A DNA stretch of 61,722 bases, filler included. It is 4 parts of 4 records of this genome, joined end to end, with 100 filler letters (N's around TTAATTAATTAA, not from the genome) between each part and the next. Parts side by side here need not be neighbours in the genome. Positions count along the whole stretch, not along the records: positions 1 to 17,974 come from SRR20825006_901; 3 more parts are not named here. One strand, 5' to 3'. A program made the translations under genes and the position numbers. A model generated the notes under the pieces. That model saw nothing but the letters and a program-made list of their open reading frames with translations. It did not search any database and was not told the origin of the DNA. This document shows positions 1 to 9,985 of this stretch, piece by piece; the first letter of the stretch is position 1; the number at the start of each line of letters is the position of its first letter.

Positions 1-18
1 CGAAGCATCGGCTCGGTC

Positions 19-39
19 GCCAGGTACAACTTGGCCTAC
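19..39 (-). repeat. REP-like palindrome (GTAG family): GTAGGCCAAGTTGTACCTGGC
   Basis: On the minus strand a GTAG tetranucleotide is followed by an imperfect hairpin GCCAAG/CCTGGC. It is intergenic, just downstream of the 103..4845 stop. Confidence 0.55.
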
Positions 40-60
40 GTGGACTTGTCACGATGTTTC

Positions 61-91
61 GTAGCCGGATTCGCCAGAATTCGGACGCTAC
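61..91 (+). repeat. REP-like palindrome (GTAG family): GTAGCCGGATTCGCCAGAATTCGGACGCTAC
   Basis: GTAG start, hairpin CCGGATTC/GAATTCGG, closed by GTAGC/GCTAC. It is intergenic and back-to-back with a second REP type. Confidence 0.6.
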
Positions 92-102
92 GTGAACGCT
101 CG

Positions 103-3100
103 CTACTTTTGATTGCTGAGGATGTAATTCAGCAGCTCGAAGACTTCGTCTTCGGTGTACTGATCCAGCAATGCCTTCGGCATCATCGAAGTCGACGTCT
201 TGACCATTTGCTCGATCTCATCCTGCTCAATCACGGTGGGTTCCTTGGCCTCCGCATTGGCGAGCAATTTCACGACGTCGTCGGTCTCTTCGACCAACAG
301 ACCCGAGAACGTTTGACCGTCGGCGGTGAGGACCAAGTGCATCGCATACTTGTCGTCGATGCGGTCAGATGGATGAAGAATCTCCTTGAGTACCTCTCGC
401 GAATCGCCTTTCCATTTGCTGACGACCTCGTCGAGTGCCGGGCCGATCTGTCCGCCTTTGCCGGCGACTTGGTGGCAACTTGCACAGGTGGCTTGTTCAA
501 AGATCTTCTGGCCGATCTCGGCGGTTCGACCTCGCAAGCCTTCGGTCAGCTTGTCGCCTGCAAAATCGTCGATCGTCCACGCCTGCACAAACGAACGATT
601 GTTTCCAATTGGATCAGCGGGTTCATACGGGGCGGCGTTGTAGGCATCGAGGTCTTCGACGACGACCATCACACCGTACATGCGGTACCAGTGTTGAGGG
701 AACGTGCAAACGTACGGGTACTCGCCCGGTTCGGTGGGGGCCGTGAACGTCAACGCTTCTTTTTCGTTGGAGGCCACCAGGTCGGTGCTGTGCAGCACCA
801 GTTCTGAGTCCGGCACGTATTGCTTGCCTTTGAAACCGCCGCGAGGCCCGGCTTGCAGACCGAGTTCGGCCACCTTTTTCAGTTCGCCTGGAAGGGTGAT
901 GACCAAGTTGTGTGGCATGCCGTCGTGGTTTTCCAAGACAACTTGAACGGGCCGTCCCGCTTCGACAGCGAAGTAGGGCACGTCGTAACGCATTTCTTCG
1001 TCCACCGTTTTGATGCGAACCAAACGCACGGTGATCTCACGCAAACGATCACGAAATTGCTTCGCTGTTTTGGTCGGCAATTTGGCGATGGCTCGGTCGG
1101 CGACTTGCATCGCGTCGATAAACGAGTCGCTGGTGCGGTTCCTCGCTTTGGTTCGCTCGGCAAAGTTGACGAGATAACGAGCCAACTTCAGCGAGGTCTC
1201 GGGTTGATAGGCCTTCTTCGGGATCGCCAGCAGCGTGGTGATTCCGTCTTCGCGATAGCCTTCGCAGGCAAGTTTGCCAACGCGTTCAAACGTGCCGTTC
1301 CAGTCGCCTGGGACTACGGCCAGCGTTCGAATCGCAGCAGCGATAACCTCTTTTTTGTCACTGTTGGACATCAGGTCGACCACTCGTTCACGTTGCGATT
1401 CGCGATCCAATCGATCAGGAAGCATTGCGACGCCAGTCAACCAATTGACCATCGCCGCATCGGATCGCTTTGCCAATTCGAACGAGGCGACGTCGTCACC
1501 AGCGACAATCAATCCGGCCAGCGCGATGGGAGCAATTGCGGCATCATTCTTTCTGGCCGCAGCGGTGAATCGGTCCTGCAACGATTCCAAGTTGCCAGCG
1601 GGAAGCTTCAGCAACATGTTTGATAACCCGCGAGCGGCTCGCAGGGTAACGTCTCGTTTGGATTTGTCTCGCCAGTCCAAGTTCTCGATGACGCCGAGCA
1701 ACACATCACCAGGATCGGAGTCTTGCAGAGCCACCAATGCGTCGAGCGCGGCGCGTCGGTCTTTGGCGCCCACTTCGCCTCGAGCCAAAATCGCCGCATG
1801 AAGCGGTTCGTACGTTGGATCTTTCGAATCTCTTGGGACAGCCAACAGGGCTGGCGTCGACAATCGTTCGATTTGATACGAAACAATCTCAGGTGAAAGA
1901 TCAAAGAAGACAGGCAAAGCGGCGTTGTAAGGAGCGACTTTGCTGCCGTGGCCGTCGAACGTCGCACCGGGATCGGTCAACAGGTGGACTTGATCAACTG
2001 CGTATCCAACCTGAGGTTGAATGTGCCCGGCGTGAGCGTGGGCAGTTTGAGTCTGCGTGTTTGCGTCTTCTGGTAAATAGGGAGCGCGACTGGCAATGAC
2101 CTGTTCGAAACGCTGCATCGTTTCTTCAAGAGCGTAGTCAAGATAGTGATCCATCGGCATTTCTTTGACACGCAGTGCCGCTCGGATCAAACGATCTTGA
2201 TCATCCAACGCCCAAGGTTCGCCGACCGCGTGCGAAACGCCACGCAGAGCTTCCATACGAACACGAGGATGTTCGTTGGTCACAAGTTCTTCGTAACGCT
2301 GTGTCGTATCTTCGATTCGATCGGCCCAATAGGACAGCACACGGGTGGCGGCACTGCGAGCTCGATGATCGTCGCTGCCAAGGACTTCGGTCAGCAGTTC
2401 CTCGTTGACTTGGTTGTGAGCTTGATGCAACCACAGCAATTCCAAGAGATCGTGGTCGTCGTCCTCGCTGGCCCGACAATCCGCCAGTTTCGCATTCGCG
2501 GCGGCGATCACTTCCTTCTTCGAGCGAGCATGCAATTCGCGACGGACACGGTACGCGTGCCGTTGGTTCTTTCGACCAACATCCGAGCACAATTGATCGA
2601 TCAGGTCGGGCGTGCTGGTTTCCGCGATCACGGGCAATTTCACCAGCGGACGCTCCTTGTGAGTCAAACGCCAGATGCGGCCGTGGCTGTGGTCGCGACT
2701 TGGGTCACGCAAATTGTGTTGCAGGTGACCGATCAAGGCGTTGTGCCAATCGATGATATAGAGCGATCCATCCGGTGCGATCTCGATGTCGACGGGACGG
2801 AAGTTTCCGTCGCCACCACCGACCAACATCGGTTCCTCGGTGCCTTCGTAGCCGGAGTCCTTTTCCACGACTTCGTGTCGAAGCACGGCGCGGTCACCGA
2901 TCACGTTTGTCACGAGGAAATCGCCTTGGACGTCATCGGGAAAGTGCTCGCTGCTAAGGAAGCGACAACCGGCCAACGGGCGAATGCGTTTCGGGTAGAA
3001 CGTTTGGTAGTCGACCAATCCGTCGTCGTAGCCTTGCTCTCCGGCAACACGGCGATGTTGAGAACCGCCCGGGTGTTTGATGGGGTAGTCCAGTCGTGTG

Positions 3101-4845
3101 CTGATTCCGGTTGCCCAGTAACTCTTGCCAGGCGAAGCGTCACCGATGAAGTCTTGTCCCCATTCGTTGAACCCGAATCCCCAAGGGTTGGCGAACGCGA
3201 AGTTCACGTGGACGCCGAATTTCTTGGTCGTCGGGTCGTAGCGGAACACGCCGCCTTCCAAGTTTCGTGTCAGTCCGTAGGGGCTTTCAATTTGCGTGAA
3301 CTTGAATGTGCCTTCTTGAGCATACAGGTGCCCGCCGGGTCCGAAGTCGAACGCGGCCAAACCGTGGTGCGAATCGGCGGTGTCAAAACCGACGATCGCT
3401 CGAGTTCGCTTGTCCGCGACATCGTCGCCATCGGTGTCTTCCAAGAAGTAGATGTCGTGTTGCCCGCCAACGAAGACGCCACCACGTCCAATTTCAAACC
3501 CGGTCGGTTGATGCAAGCCGCCGGCAAACGTTTTGCAAACGTCCGCGTCACCGTCACCATCGGTGTCTTCCAGGATTAAAAGTTTGTCGTCCATCGGTGA
3601 CTTGGGTTGCCAGTGCGGGTAGCTCGGCATGGTTGAGACCCACAATCGGCCCTTGGAATCGAAATCCAAAGCAACGGGGTTGGCCAGTTCAGGGAACTGT
3701 TGCTCCGAAGCGACCAGTTGAATTTCGTAACCATCCAGCAACGTGAACGTTTTGAGTTGTTCGTCGGTCGTCAGGTATTCCAACGATCCAAGCTTGCCGC
3801 GTTTCGCGTTCGGATCATCGGGCCCACCCACGTTGGTTTTGGGAATGATGAACGGTAGTGTGTTCGAGTCATCGATCGGTTCACTGATGTTTTCGCCACC
3901 GGCGATCGCCCACACGCGAGCGTCTCGGTTGGTTGTCATCTGGTCGAGAATCTCGAGTTCACGGTTCATGACCGAACGGTTGTTGTAGGTGCCGTCGCTG
4001 CCCGCGGTGCCACGTTTGCCATAGATCGAATAACCGTTGACGGCACGATAGCGATTGAACCAATGAAAGTTCTTGTCCGCGACAGCGGCCAGCAGTGCCG
4101 GGTTGGTTTGTTTAGGCACGTCGACTTCACCAAGCAGTCCACGGACCATGATCGGGGCGAGTGCAGCGTAGCCATCGGAGTTCAGGTGCCCACCGTCCAA
4201 TGTCAGTTGCTGTTCGCTCTGTTCAAAGAGTTGCTTGGTTGGAGTGAACAGATTGACGAACGAGACACCATTCTTTTCGGCAACGGCTCGCATCGTCCGA
4301 GCGATTTTGCTCAGTGCCGCGTTTCTCGGTTCTGCGTCGGGAAGGTTCGGATCATCGGTCGCTTCGAAGGCAATGGGTGAGACCAACGCGATGCGCGGGT
4401 TGTTCTCTCCGTTGTAGATCTGCGACTGAGTGTGTTGAATCAGCTCATCCAGTTCGCTCGTGAAGTCACGGAGGACTTTCTTGTGATCCAATCCTTCGCG
4501 AAGGCGATACGATTCGTTGTAGCCAAAGAACATAAGCACAACGTCGGCGGCGCTGTGCGTGAGATGTTCGTCGGGCGATCCAAAGTCGAGGCTTCGCAAA
4601 CGGATCTTGGGCTCGTCCCCGGGAGCACACAGGTTGCGGATCGTCAGGTCCAAATCAGGTCGCGCGGCATGCAAGAGCGTTTCAAAGTGATTCTCATGCT
4701 GCATCCGTTCGCCGAGAGCGTTGCCAATCAGACAAACGTGGTCGCCTGGTCGGAGCTCCAACGCGGGCGGTTGAGCCTGGACGATTGCGGAAGGGAAAAC
4801 AAACACCAACGCCGCGGTGGCGAAGAGATGGCGAAGAGCTGTCAT
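103..4845 (-). CDS. PVC-type membrane-bound dehydrogenase / heme-binding CxxCH protein with N-terminal SGNH-like domain, beta-propeller, HEAT repeats, azurin-like cupredoxin domain and C-terminal cytochrome c
   Basis: ORF 103..4923; likely ATG at 4845 (MTALRHLF... signal peptide ending VQA). Motifs: GDHVCLIGNALGERM/DGGHLN (SGNH-like), FPELANPVALDFDSKGRLWV and FRPVDIEIAPDGSLYIIDWHN (PVC dehydrogenase propeller), PHNLV...YVCTFPQHWYRM (type 1 Cu) and CASCH...SMMP (heme c). Confidence 0.85.
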   Translation of the reverse strand: MTALRHLFATAALVFVFPSAIVQAQPPALELRPGDHVCLIGNALGERMQHENHFETLLHAARPDLDLTIRNLCAPGDEPKIRLRSLDFGSPDEHLTHSAADVVLMFFGYNESYRLREGLDHKKVLRDFTSELDELIQHTQSQIYNGENNPRIALVSPIAFEATDDPNLPDAEPRNAALSKIARTMRAVAEKNGVSFVNLFTPTKQLFEQSEQQLTLDGGHLNSDGYAALAPIMVRGLLGEVDVPKQTNPALLAAVADKNFHWFNRYRAVNGYSIYGKRGTAGSDGTYNNRSVMNRELEILDQMTTNRDARVWAIAGGENISEPIDDSNTLPFIIPKTNVGGPDDPNAKRGKLGSLEYLTTDEQLKTFTLLDGYEIQLVASEQQFPELANPVALDFDSKGRLWVSTMPSYPHWQPKSPMDDKLLILEDTDGDGDADVCKTFAGGLHQPTGFEIGRGGVFVGGQHDIYFLEDTDGDDVADKRTRAIVGFDTADSHHGLAAFDFGPGGHLYAQEGTFKFTQIESPYGLTRNLEGGVFRYDPTTKKFGVHVNFAFANPWGFGFNEWGQDFIGDASPGKSYWATGISTRLDYPIKHPGGSQHRRVAGEQGYDDGLVDYQTFYPKRIRPLAGCRFLSSEHFPDDVQGDFLVTNVIGDRAVLRHEVVEKDSGYEGTEEPMLVGGGDGNFRPVDIEIAPDGSLYIIDWHNALIGHLQHNLRDPSRDHSHGRIWRLTHKERPLVKLPVIAETSTPDLIDQLCSDVGRKNQRHAYRVRRELHARSKKEVIAAANAKLADCRASEDDDHDLLELLWLHQAHNQVNEELLTEVLGSDDHRARSAATRVLSYWADRIEDTTQRYEELVTNEHPRVRMEALRGVSHAVGEPWALDDQDRLIRAALRVKEMPMDHYLDYALEETMQRFEQVIASRAPYLPEDANTQTQTAHAHAGHIQPQVGYAVDQVHLLTDPGATFDGHGSKVAPYNAALPVFFDLSPEIVSYQIERLSTPALLAVPRDSKDPTYEPLHAAILARGEVGAKDRRAALDALVALQDSDPGDVLLGVIENLDWRDKSKRDVTLRAARGLSNMLLKLPAGNLESLQDRFTAAARKNDAAIAPIALAGLIVAGDDVASFELAKRSDAAMVNWLTGVAMLPDRLDRESQRERVVDLMSNSDKKEVIAAAIRTLAVVPGDWNGTFERVGKLACEGYREDGITTLLAIPKKAYQPETSLKLARYLVNFAERTKARNRTSDSFIDAMQVADRAIAKLPTKTAKQFRDRLREITVRLVRIKTVDEEMRYDVPYFAVEAGRPVQVVLENHDGMPHNLVITLPGELKKVAELGLQAGPRGGFKGKQYVPDSELVLHSTDLVASNEKEALTFTAPTEPGEYPYVCTFPQHWYRMYGVMVVVEDLDAYNAAPYEPADPIGNNRSFVQAWTIDDFAGDKLTEGLRGRTAEIGQKIFEQATCASCHQVAGKGGQIGPALDEVVSKWKGDSREVLKEILHPSDRIDDKYAMHLVLTADGQTFSGLLVEETDDVVKLLANAEAKEPTVIEQDEIEQMVKTSTSMMPKALLDQYTEDEVFELLNYILSNQK

Positions 4846-5138
4846 CGGTTGGGGATTCACAAGACCGGAGGTGGGATGATGGCGAGACACGCATGGTTGC
4901 CAGATGGCGGACCATTCATGCAATTTACAACAGTCGCGAGATCGACGTGTTTAGGAACAGGGATTGTTACACGACTTCGATGAATTCGTGTTGCGAGTCC
5001 CGGAGAATCGCCCAGCGATTGTGCTGATTCGACGCTTCGTTTTCAACGACTACGTTCAAATATTCAGAGGTGGCGGAATTCGTTCTCGAAGAGAAGCGAA
5101 TTGCGTCGTGGCGTTTGGGCGACGATCTCACCGCGAAA

Positions 5139-7064
5139 TTACGGTCGATCCAGATGGTCGAGGTGCTGCTGGATCAAACCTTTCGGATCCGGATTGAACG
5201 GCAGGCGAAACAATTTGGAACTCATCGGGTACGGATTGCCCGCCAACGCGTTGACATGCCGCACCATGTTGAAGATTTGCAAGGCCTCCGTCGGTGACTG
5301 ACTCAGTTCCAGGGTTCGTTGAAATATTGGCCGAGGATCTTCGACTTGCAGAATCGCGGCGAGTTGAGCGGCTCGCGATGCGACCAGTGGCTCGGTATCG
5401 AGTGTTCGGCGATGCAGCAACTTGACGAACGTCTCGTCCGCCGCCATGTCTCGATTGGCCGATCGATTCCATGCCGCGATGGAACTGGCCGCGACCAATG
5501 CCCAGTATCGCTCGAGCTTGTCTCCGCTGTTGATTGCTGATAGCAATGCCTTGTTGGCTTGCTCCCATGGCATCGCTGCGATGTTGGCGGTGTCGATGTA
5601 GCCAGCGATCTCGCTAGACAAACGCTTGCCGTTTTCAACTGGAGCATCAATGACTTTCAGCATGCCAGCCTCGGTCAAAAAACCAAGGTCATTGGTTTGC
5701 TTCAGATGCGCGTTCAGCTTGGAACGCAATTCTGTCAGTCGATCGCCGTGGGCAGGGTCACTCGACAAGTTGTTCACTTCATGCGGATCATCCGCCAAGT
5801 TGAACAACAGCTCTGGTGGACGAGGCTTGAAGAACTGACTTTGAACGTTGTTGAGTTTGCCAGTGTGATAGCGGTCTCGCCATTGTTGGTACGCCAGCAT
5901 TTTGTATCGATAGTCCGCCCACATCGCGTCGGGTTGGAACGACTCAAATGAGCGAATCAATTTCCAATCACCGACTCGGATCGATCGAACCAGATCGTAC
6001 TTTTCATCCATTCGGTCGGCGTAACCAAACGTCGTGTCTCGCGTGTCGACTTTTGCCGAGTCGATTCGCGGTCCGAGAAAAGCTTTGCCGTCGATCGGGC
6101 CGGCTTTGTCCAGTCGAACACCCGCCAAGTTCAATACCGTGGGGGCAAAGTCGATGAACGAAACAAAACCCTTTGTGCGAGAGCCCAACTCGCGATCGAC
6201 TAGGTTGCGGTGGTTGTTAGGAATGCGAACGACTAGCGGCACATGCAGTCCCGCTTCGTAGATGTAGCCTTTGCCTCGCGGTAGCACGCCACCATGGTCG
6301 CCAAAGTAAAACACAAATGTGTTTTCCAGCTCGCCGGCTTGTTCCAATTGACCGATCACGCCCGCGACCTTTTCGTCGATGACGCTCATCCGATCGCGAT
6401 AAAACGCGGCGGTGTGCCGGAAGACTTGGGTGTCCGGAAAGTAGGGCGGCAGCGAAACGGTTTTCGGATCGAAGTCAGTGGGCTTTTGCAACGCGTCGAC
6501 ACCGAAGTGCAATCTACTTTCGTGCGACTCGGCAAACGTGACGACGTGAAAGAACGGCGTCGCATCGGACGGTCGGTTTTTCCAAGACGCTTTTCGCGAG
6601 GAATCATCCCAAGGCTCGATCCGCTTTTTCGCGTTGTAGTCCTCTTTGGAACTGTTCGTTGTGTAGTACCCGGATTGCCGCAGCCACGCCGGGAACATTT
6701 CGACTCCCTCGGGCAACGTGGCCAATTCGGTGCGTCGATGGAACTGAGTTCCAATCCGAGGACCGTAGCAACCAGTGATCAATGTGGTTCGGGCGGTGGA
6801 GCAAACCGGTGCGTTACTGAAAGCTCGATCGAAGGTGATCCCGTGAGCTGCCATGGCTTCGATGGCGGGAGTCTCGACGCCGGTTTCGTCGAAGTGTTTC
6901 AAGTAATGCTTGGAATTGTCTTCCGACATGATCCAAACGATGTTTGGACGAGAGGCCGAATTCGGGGCGTCGCTCGTTGACTCCGGTTGGGCATGAGCAA
7001 CCGCGGGAGCAACGAATAGAATTGCTATCGAACAAGTGACGGCACGGAACGTCGACTGAAACAT
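5139..7064 (-). CDS. Secreted formylglycine-dependent sulfatase
   Basis: Signal peptide, RPNIVWIMSEDNS, NAPVCSTARTTLITG (CxxxR maturation motif), FYFGDHGG and ELLFNLADDPHEVNNL. ATG at 7064, with an alternative TTG at 7073. Confidence 0.9.
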   Translation of the reverse strand: MFQSTFRAVTCSIAILFVAPAVAHAQPESTSDAPNSASRPNIVWIMSEDNSKHYLKHFDETGVETPAIEAMAAHGITFDRAFSNAPVCSTARTTLITGCYGPRIGTQFHRRTELATLPEGVEMFPAWLRQSGYYTTNSSKEDYNAKKRIEPWDDSSRKASWKNRPSDATPFFHVVTFAESHESRLHFGVDALQKPTDFDPKTVSLPPYFPDTQVFRHTAAFYRDRMSVIDEKVAGVIGQLEQAGELENTFVFYFGDHGGVLPRGKGYIYEAGLHVPLVVRIPNNHRNLVDRELGSRTKGFVSFIDFAPTVLNLAGVRLDKAGPIDGKAFLGPRIDSAKVDTRDTTFGYADRMDEKYDLVRSIRVGDWKLIRSFESFQPDAMWADYRYKMLAYQQWRDRYHTGKLNNVQSQFFKPRPPELLFNLADDPHEVNNLSSDPAHGDRLTELRSKLNAHLKQTNDLGFLTEAGMLKVIDAPVENGKRLSSEIAGYIDTANIAAMPWEQANKALLSAINSGDKLERYWALVAASSIAAWNRSANRDMAADETFVKLLHRRTLDTEPLVASRAAQLAAILQVEDPRPIFQRTLELSQSPTEALQIFNMVRHVNALAGNPYPMSSKLFRLPFNPDPKGLIQQHLDHLDRP

Positions 7065-7439
7065 CTTGGGCAAGACCTTTGGGGTTGCAGGCGGGACCGG
7101 TCAGGATGGTGGGCGTCGATAAGAGGCAATCGCGAACGAGTGGGACGTTCATCGATGCGACCGGATGCCCCCCAATGTATCAGCTTGTGTTTACAAATCA
7201 GCGGAATCGGGGCCGTTCAAAACAGAAATGATTTGTCGGGCGATGAACAACTCGTCGCATCGGAATGATCTGGCGTACGAGCTGAATCGGTGCAACTGAT
7301 GCAGTTTCTCACTGGCGGATGCCAACCGTTCGAAAGATGTTTGTGGTTGCGGGTGCTACCCAGTTTCGCGAATTGAAACAGAATGACCGACGTAGTGACC
7401 GACACATCTGTTTCCGCTTTCGATCCATCCGGGCCCCGA

Positions 7440-8216
7440 ATGAATCCTCTTTTTGACACCCACGCTCATTTAAATTCCAAGGACTTCAACGACAACGTCG
7501 CTGAAGTGGTGGATCGGGCTCGCCAGGCTGGTGTGGTCGGTATCGGTGTCATCGGAATCGATCTGGCGACCAGTCGCCGAGCGGTTGAATTGGCAGCAGA
7601 GTTCCCAGACATGCTCCACGCCGTCGTTGGGATTCAACCCAATTCAGTCGCTGAATCTTCCGAAGGCGATTTCGCGGAAATTGAAAAGTTGACGTCGGCG
7701 CCCGGTGTTCGCGGGATTGGCGAAACAGGACTGGATTGCTACTGGGACGACACACCGATCGAACAGCAGCAGATTGCATTTGACCAACACATCGATCTGG
7801 CCTGTCGAACCAACCTGCCGATGGTCATTCACATGCGAGAGAGCGGCGAGCTGATTGCGGAGCAGCTCGCCCGGCAATCGCGGCTTCCCGAGGCAGTGAT
7901 GCATTCGTTCACCGGTGATTGGGAATTAGCTGAGCGTTGTTTGGAGATGGGCTTGATGATTAGCTTCGCTGGGATGGTCACGTTCAAAAAGAGCGACGAG
8001 CTTCGCGAGGTCGCCAAGCGAGTTCCGGAGGACCAATTGTTGATTGAAACGGATTCGCCGTATTTGTCGCCCGAACCGCTGCGAGGAAAACGGCCAAACG
8101 AGCCCGCTCGGGTGCAGCACATCCTGCGTTGCTTGGCGGATGTTCGGAATGTGCCAACCTCGACCTTGGCGGAGGCAACGACCGCCAACGCGAGGCGATT
8201 TTTTAAGCTGTCGTGA
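7440..8216 (+). CDS. tatD: TatD family deoxyribonuclease
   Basis: FDTHAHL, GIGETGLD, VIHMRE, MHSFTG, LLIETDSPYL and NEPA motifs. Start at 7440 or at the upstream ATG 7383. Confidence 0.9.
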   Translation: MNPLFDTHAHLNSKDFNDNVAEVVDRARQAGVVGIGVIGIDLATSRRAVELAAEFPDMLHAVVGIQPNSVAESSEGDFAEIEKLTSAPGVRGIGETGLDCYWDDTPIEQQQIAFDQHIDLACRTNLPMVIHMRESGELIAEQLARQSRLPEAVMHSFTGDWELAERCLEMGLMISFAGMVTFKKSDELREVAKRVPEDQLLIETDSPYLSPEPLRGKRPNEPARVQHILRCLADVRNVPTSTLAEATTANARRFFKLS

Positions 8217-8446
8217 ATCCAGCGTGCTGGGTTCGATAAGATCAGGGTTCGGTAAGATGCCCCGAAGAGGCCGCTGGGATCTGATTTTGTTTGCCGAATC
8301 CATCGACTCTGGATTCCCGAATCAGATCTTCATCAAACCTTCAACGAAACGGCGGTTTGTGGGTGGTGCCAAACTTCACATCTTCCACGAAACTACACAC
8401 AGATCGGAAGATATGAATCTCCTCTCAAAACGCAGCATGCGGACGA

Positions 8447-9136
8447 ATGTCAAAAACCAAAGTTCTCATCGTTGAAGATTACCGGCCGTTGGTGGAAACG
8501 CTGGAGTACCAGCTAAAACGAGCCGGCTACGAGGTCTATCGAGCTGCCGATGGACGGGAGGCTCTCAATCAGGCCAAGTTGTACTTGCCCGACGTGGTCG
8601 TGCTGGACGTCGATCTTCCTGTCTTGAGCGGTGTGGAGGTCTGCAAGCAATTGCGATCCGATGCGACGACCAAAGACACGCTGATTTTGATGCTCAGTGC
8701 CCTGGGCGAAGAGTCCGACCAGGTGGTTGGGTTCGCAGTCGGAGCGGACGATTACGTCGTCAAACCAGTGGAGAGCTACAAGGTGCTGCTCCAGCGGATC
8801 AAGGCATTGCTGCGTCGTCGCGAACCCAGCATGGACGACGCCGACGCGATCTCGCGGTGCGGCGTGACGGTCGATCGCAGGCGTTTCGTCGCGACGATCG
8901 AGGGTGAGGCGGTCAAGCTAACCAAAAGTGAGTTCCGGCTGCTCGACACTCTGATCCGCCAGCCCGGACGAGCTTTCGACCGAAGCGAACTGGTCGATGC
9001 GGCCCTGGGCGAAGACACAATGGTGCTGGAGCGAACCATCGACGTCCACGTCCGAGCCCTCCGCAAAAAAATGAACGAACACGCGGATTTGGTGGAAACG
9101 GTGCGAGGGATTGGTTACCGGTTTCGGGAGGAGTAG
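8447..9136 (+). CDS. OmpR/PhoB family two-component response regulator (no kinase adjacent)
   Basis: Receiver domain (LIVED, VVLDVDLP, GADDYVVKP) plus winged helix (LTKSEFRLL, ERTIDVHVRALRKK, ETVRGIGYRF). Confidence 0.9.
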   Translation: MSKTKVLIVEDYRPLVETLEYQLKRAGYEVYRAADGREALNQAKLYLPDVVVLDVDLPVLSGVEVCKQLRSDATTKDTLILMLSALGEESDQVVGFAVGADDYVVKPVESYKVLLQRIKALLRRREPSMDDADAISRCGVTVDRRRFVATIEGEAVKLTKSEFRLLDTLIRQPGRAFDRSELVDAALGEDTMVLERTIDVHVRALRKKMNEHADLVETVRGIGYRFREE

Positions 9137-9280
9137 GTAAACTGAATTTGGCTTTCGGAAATTTCGGTGGAAAACGCAGCAACGTTGCTTTGAAGGTTTG
9201 CATCCCCCCCGTCGCTTGATTACTATCTGAAATTCCGTTTGCCATTTTTACGGTCGTTCCTCTAACCGTACGTTCTCCTA

Positions 9281-9919
9281 ATGTATCGAATTCTATTATT
9301 TGCTGTGCTAGCCACCATTGGCATCGATGCACTAGGCGCGATTACAACGACGATAGACTTCGATGATTTGTCTCAGTCTGGCGACGTCGCTACCCCATTG
9401 GCCACCTACAGCTTCGATGGATACACCTTCGACAATAACACGGCGTCTACACTGCGTTTCGAGACCTACGGCGATATGCATGACAACTATGCGGGATCGA
9501 CTGCATTGAGCCCTAAACAGGTGAATTCAATATCAACCCTATCGCGGTCGGATACTACAGAGTTCGATTTAATCTCAATAGATATTGCTCGTCTGAGTCC
9601 GAGCGTGAACGATCCATCGACTCCTGTCACGTTTACAGATATGACTTTTACCGGCGTCCTTGCCGGCGGAGGGATAGTGACGAATCAATTTACCTTCAGT
9701 GTGAACGACAACGAGTTCGAGGAGTTGACGTTTTCGGGGTTCTCTTCAGTCACTTCCGTAAGTTGGGGACAGAATTCCCCTTTCCACCAATTTGACAATG
9801 TCGTGGTTCAAGTCACTGCTGTTCCTGAACCAACTTCCCTGGCTTTTCTAGCAGTTGGATTGGGTGTGGCGGGCGTTCGTCGCGTGCGAAGCACGCGTTT
9901 TGCTAACGCCCCAGCATAG
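9281..9919 (+). CDS. PEP-CTERM sorting domain surface protein
   Basis: N-terminal signal peptide and Ser/Thr/Asp-rich body. C-terminal VPEPTS, hydrophobic helix and basic tail (RRVR). Confidence 0.85.
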   Translation: MYRILLFAVLATIGIDALGAITTTIDFDDLSQSGDVATPLATYSFDGYTFDNNTASTLRFETYGDMHDNYAGSTALSPKQVNSISTLSRSDTTEFDLISIDIARLSPSVNDPSTPVTFTDMTFTGVLAGGGIVTNQFTFSVNDNEFEELTFSGFSSVTSVSWGQNSPFHQFDNVVVQVTAVPEPTSLAFLAVGLGVAGVRRVRSTRFANAPA

Positions 9920-9985
9920 CGGCCAACTGACGCCAGCGGTGATTTTCTAAGTGTCATAGGCTTTCACGAAAGAAGTCGTCGGGTA

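Noticed and set aside
2146..3579. 477-aa plus-strand ORF and similar long antisense ORFs (e.g. 34751..35701, 44920..45858, 56443..57861)
   Set aside because: They are shadow frames opposite well-supported genes in GC-rich DNA and have no recognisable motifs.
7440..8216. TatD as part of a defence system (e.g. QatD-like)
   Set aside because: It has ordinary housekeeping TatD motifs and context, with no ATPase or QueC partners.
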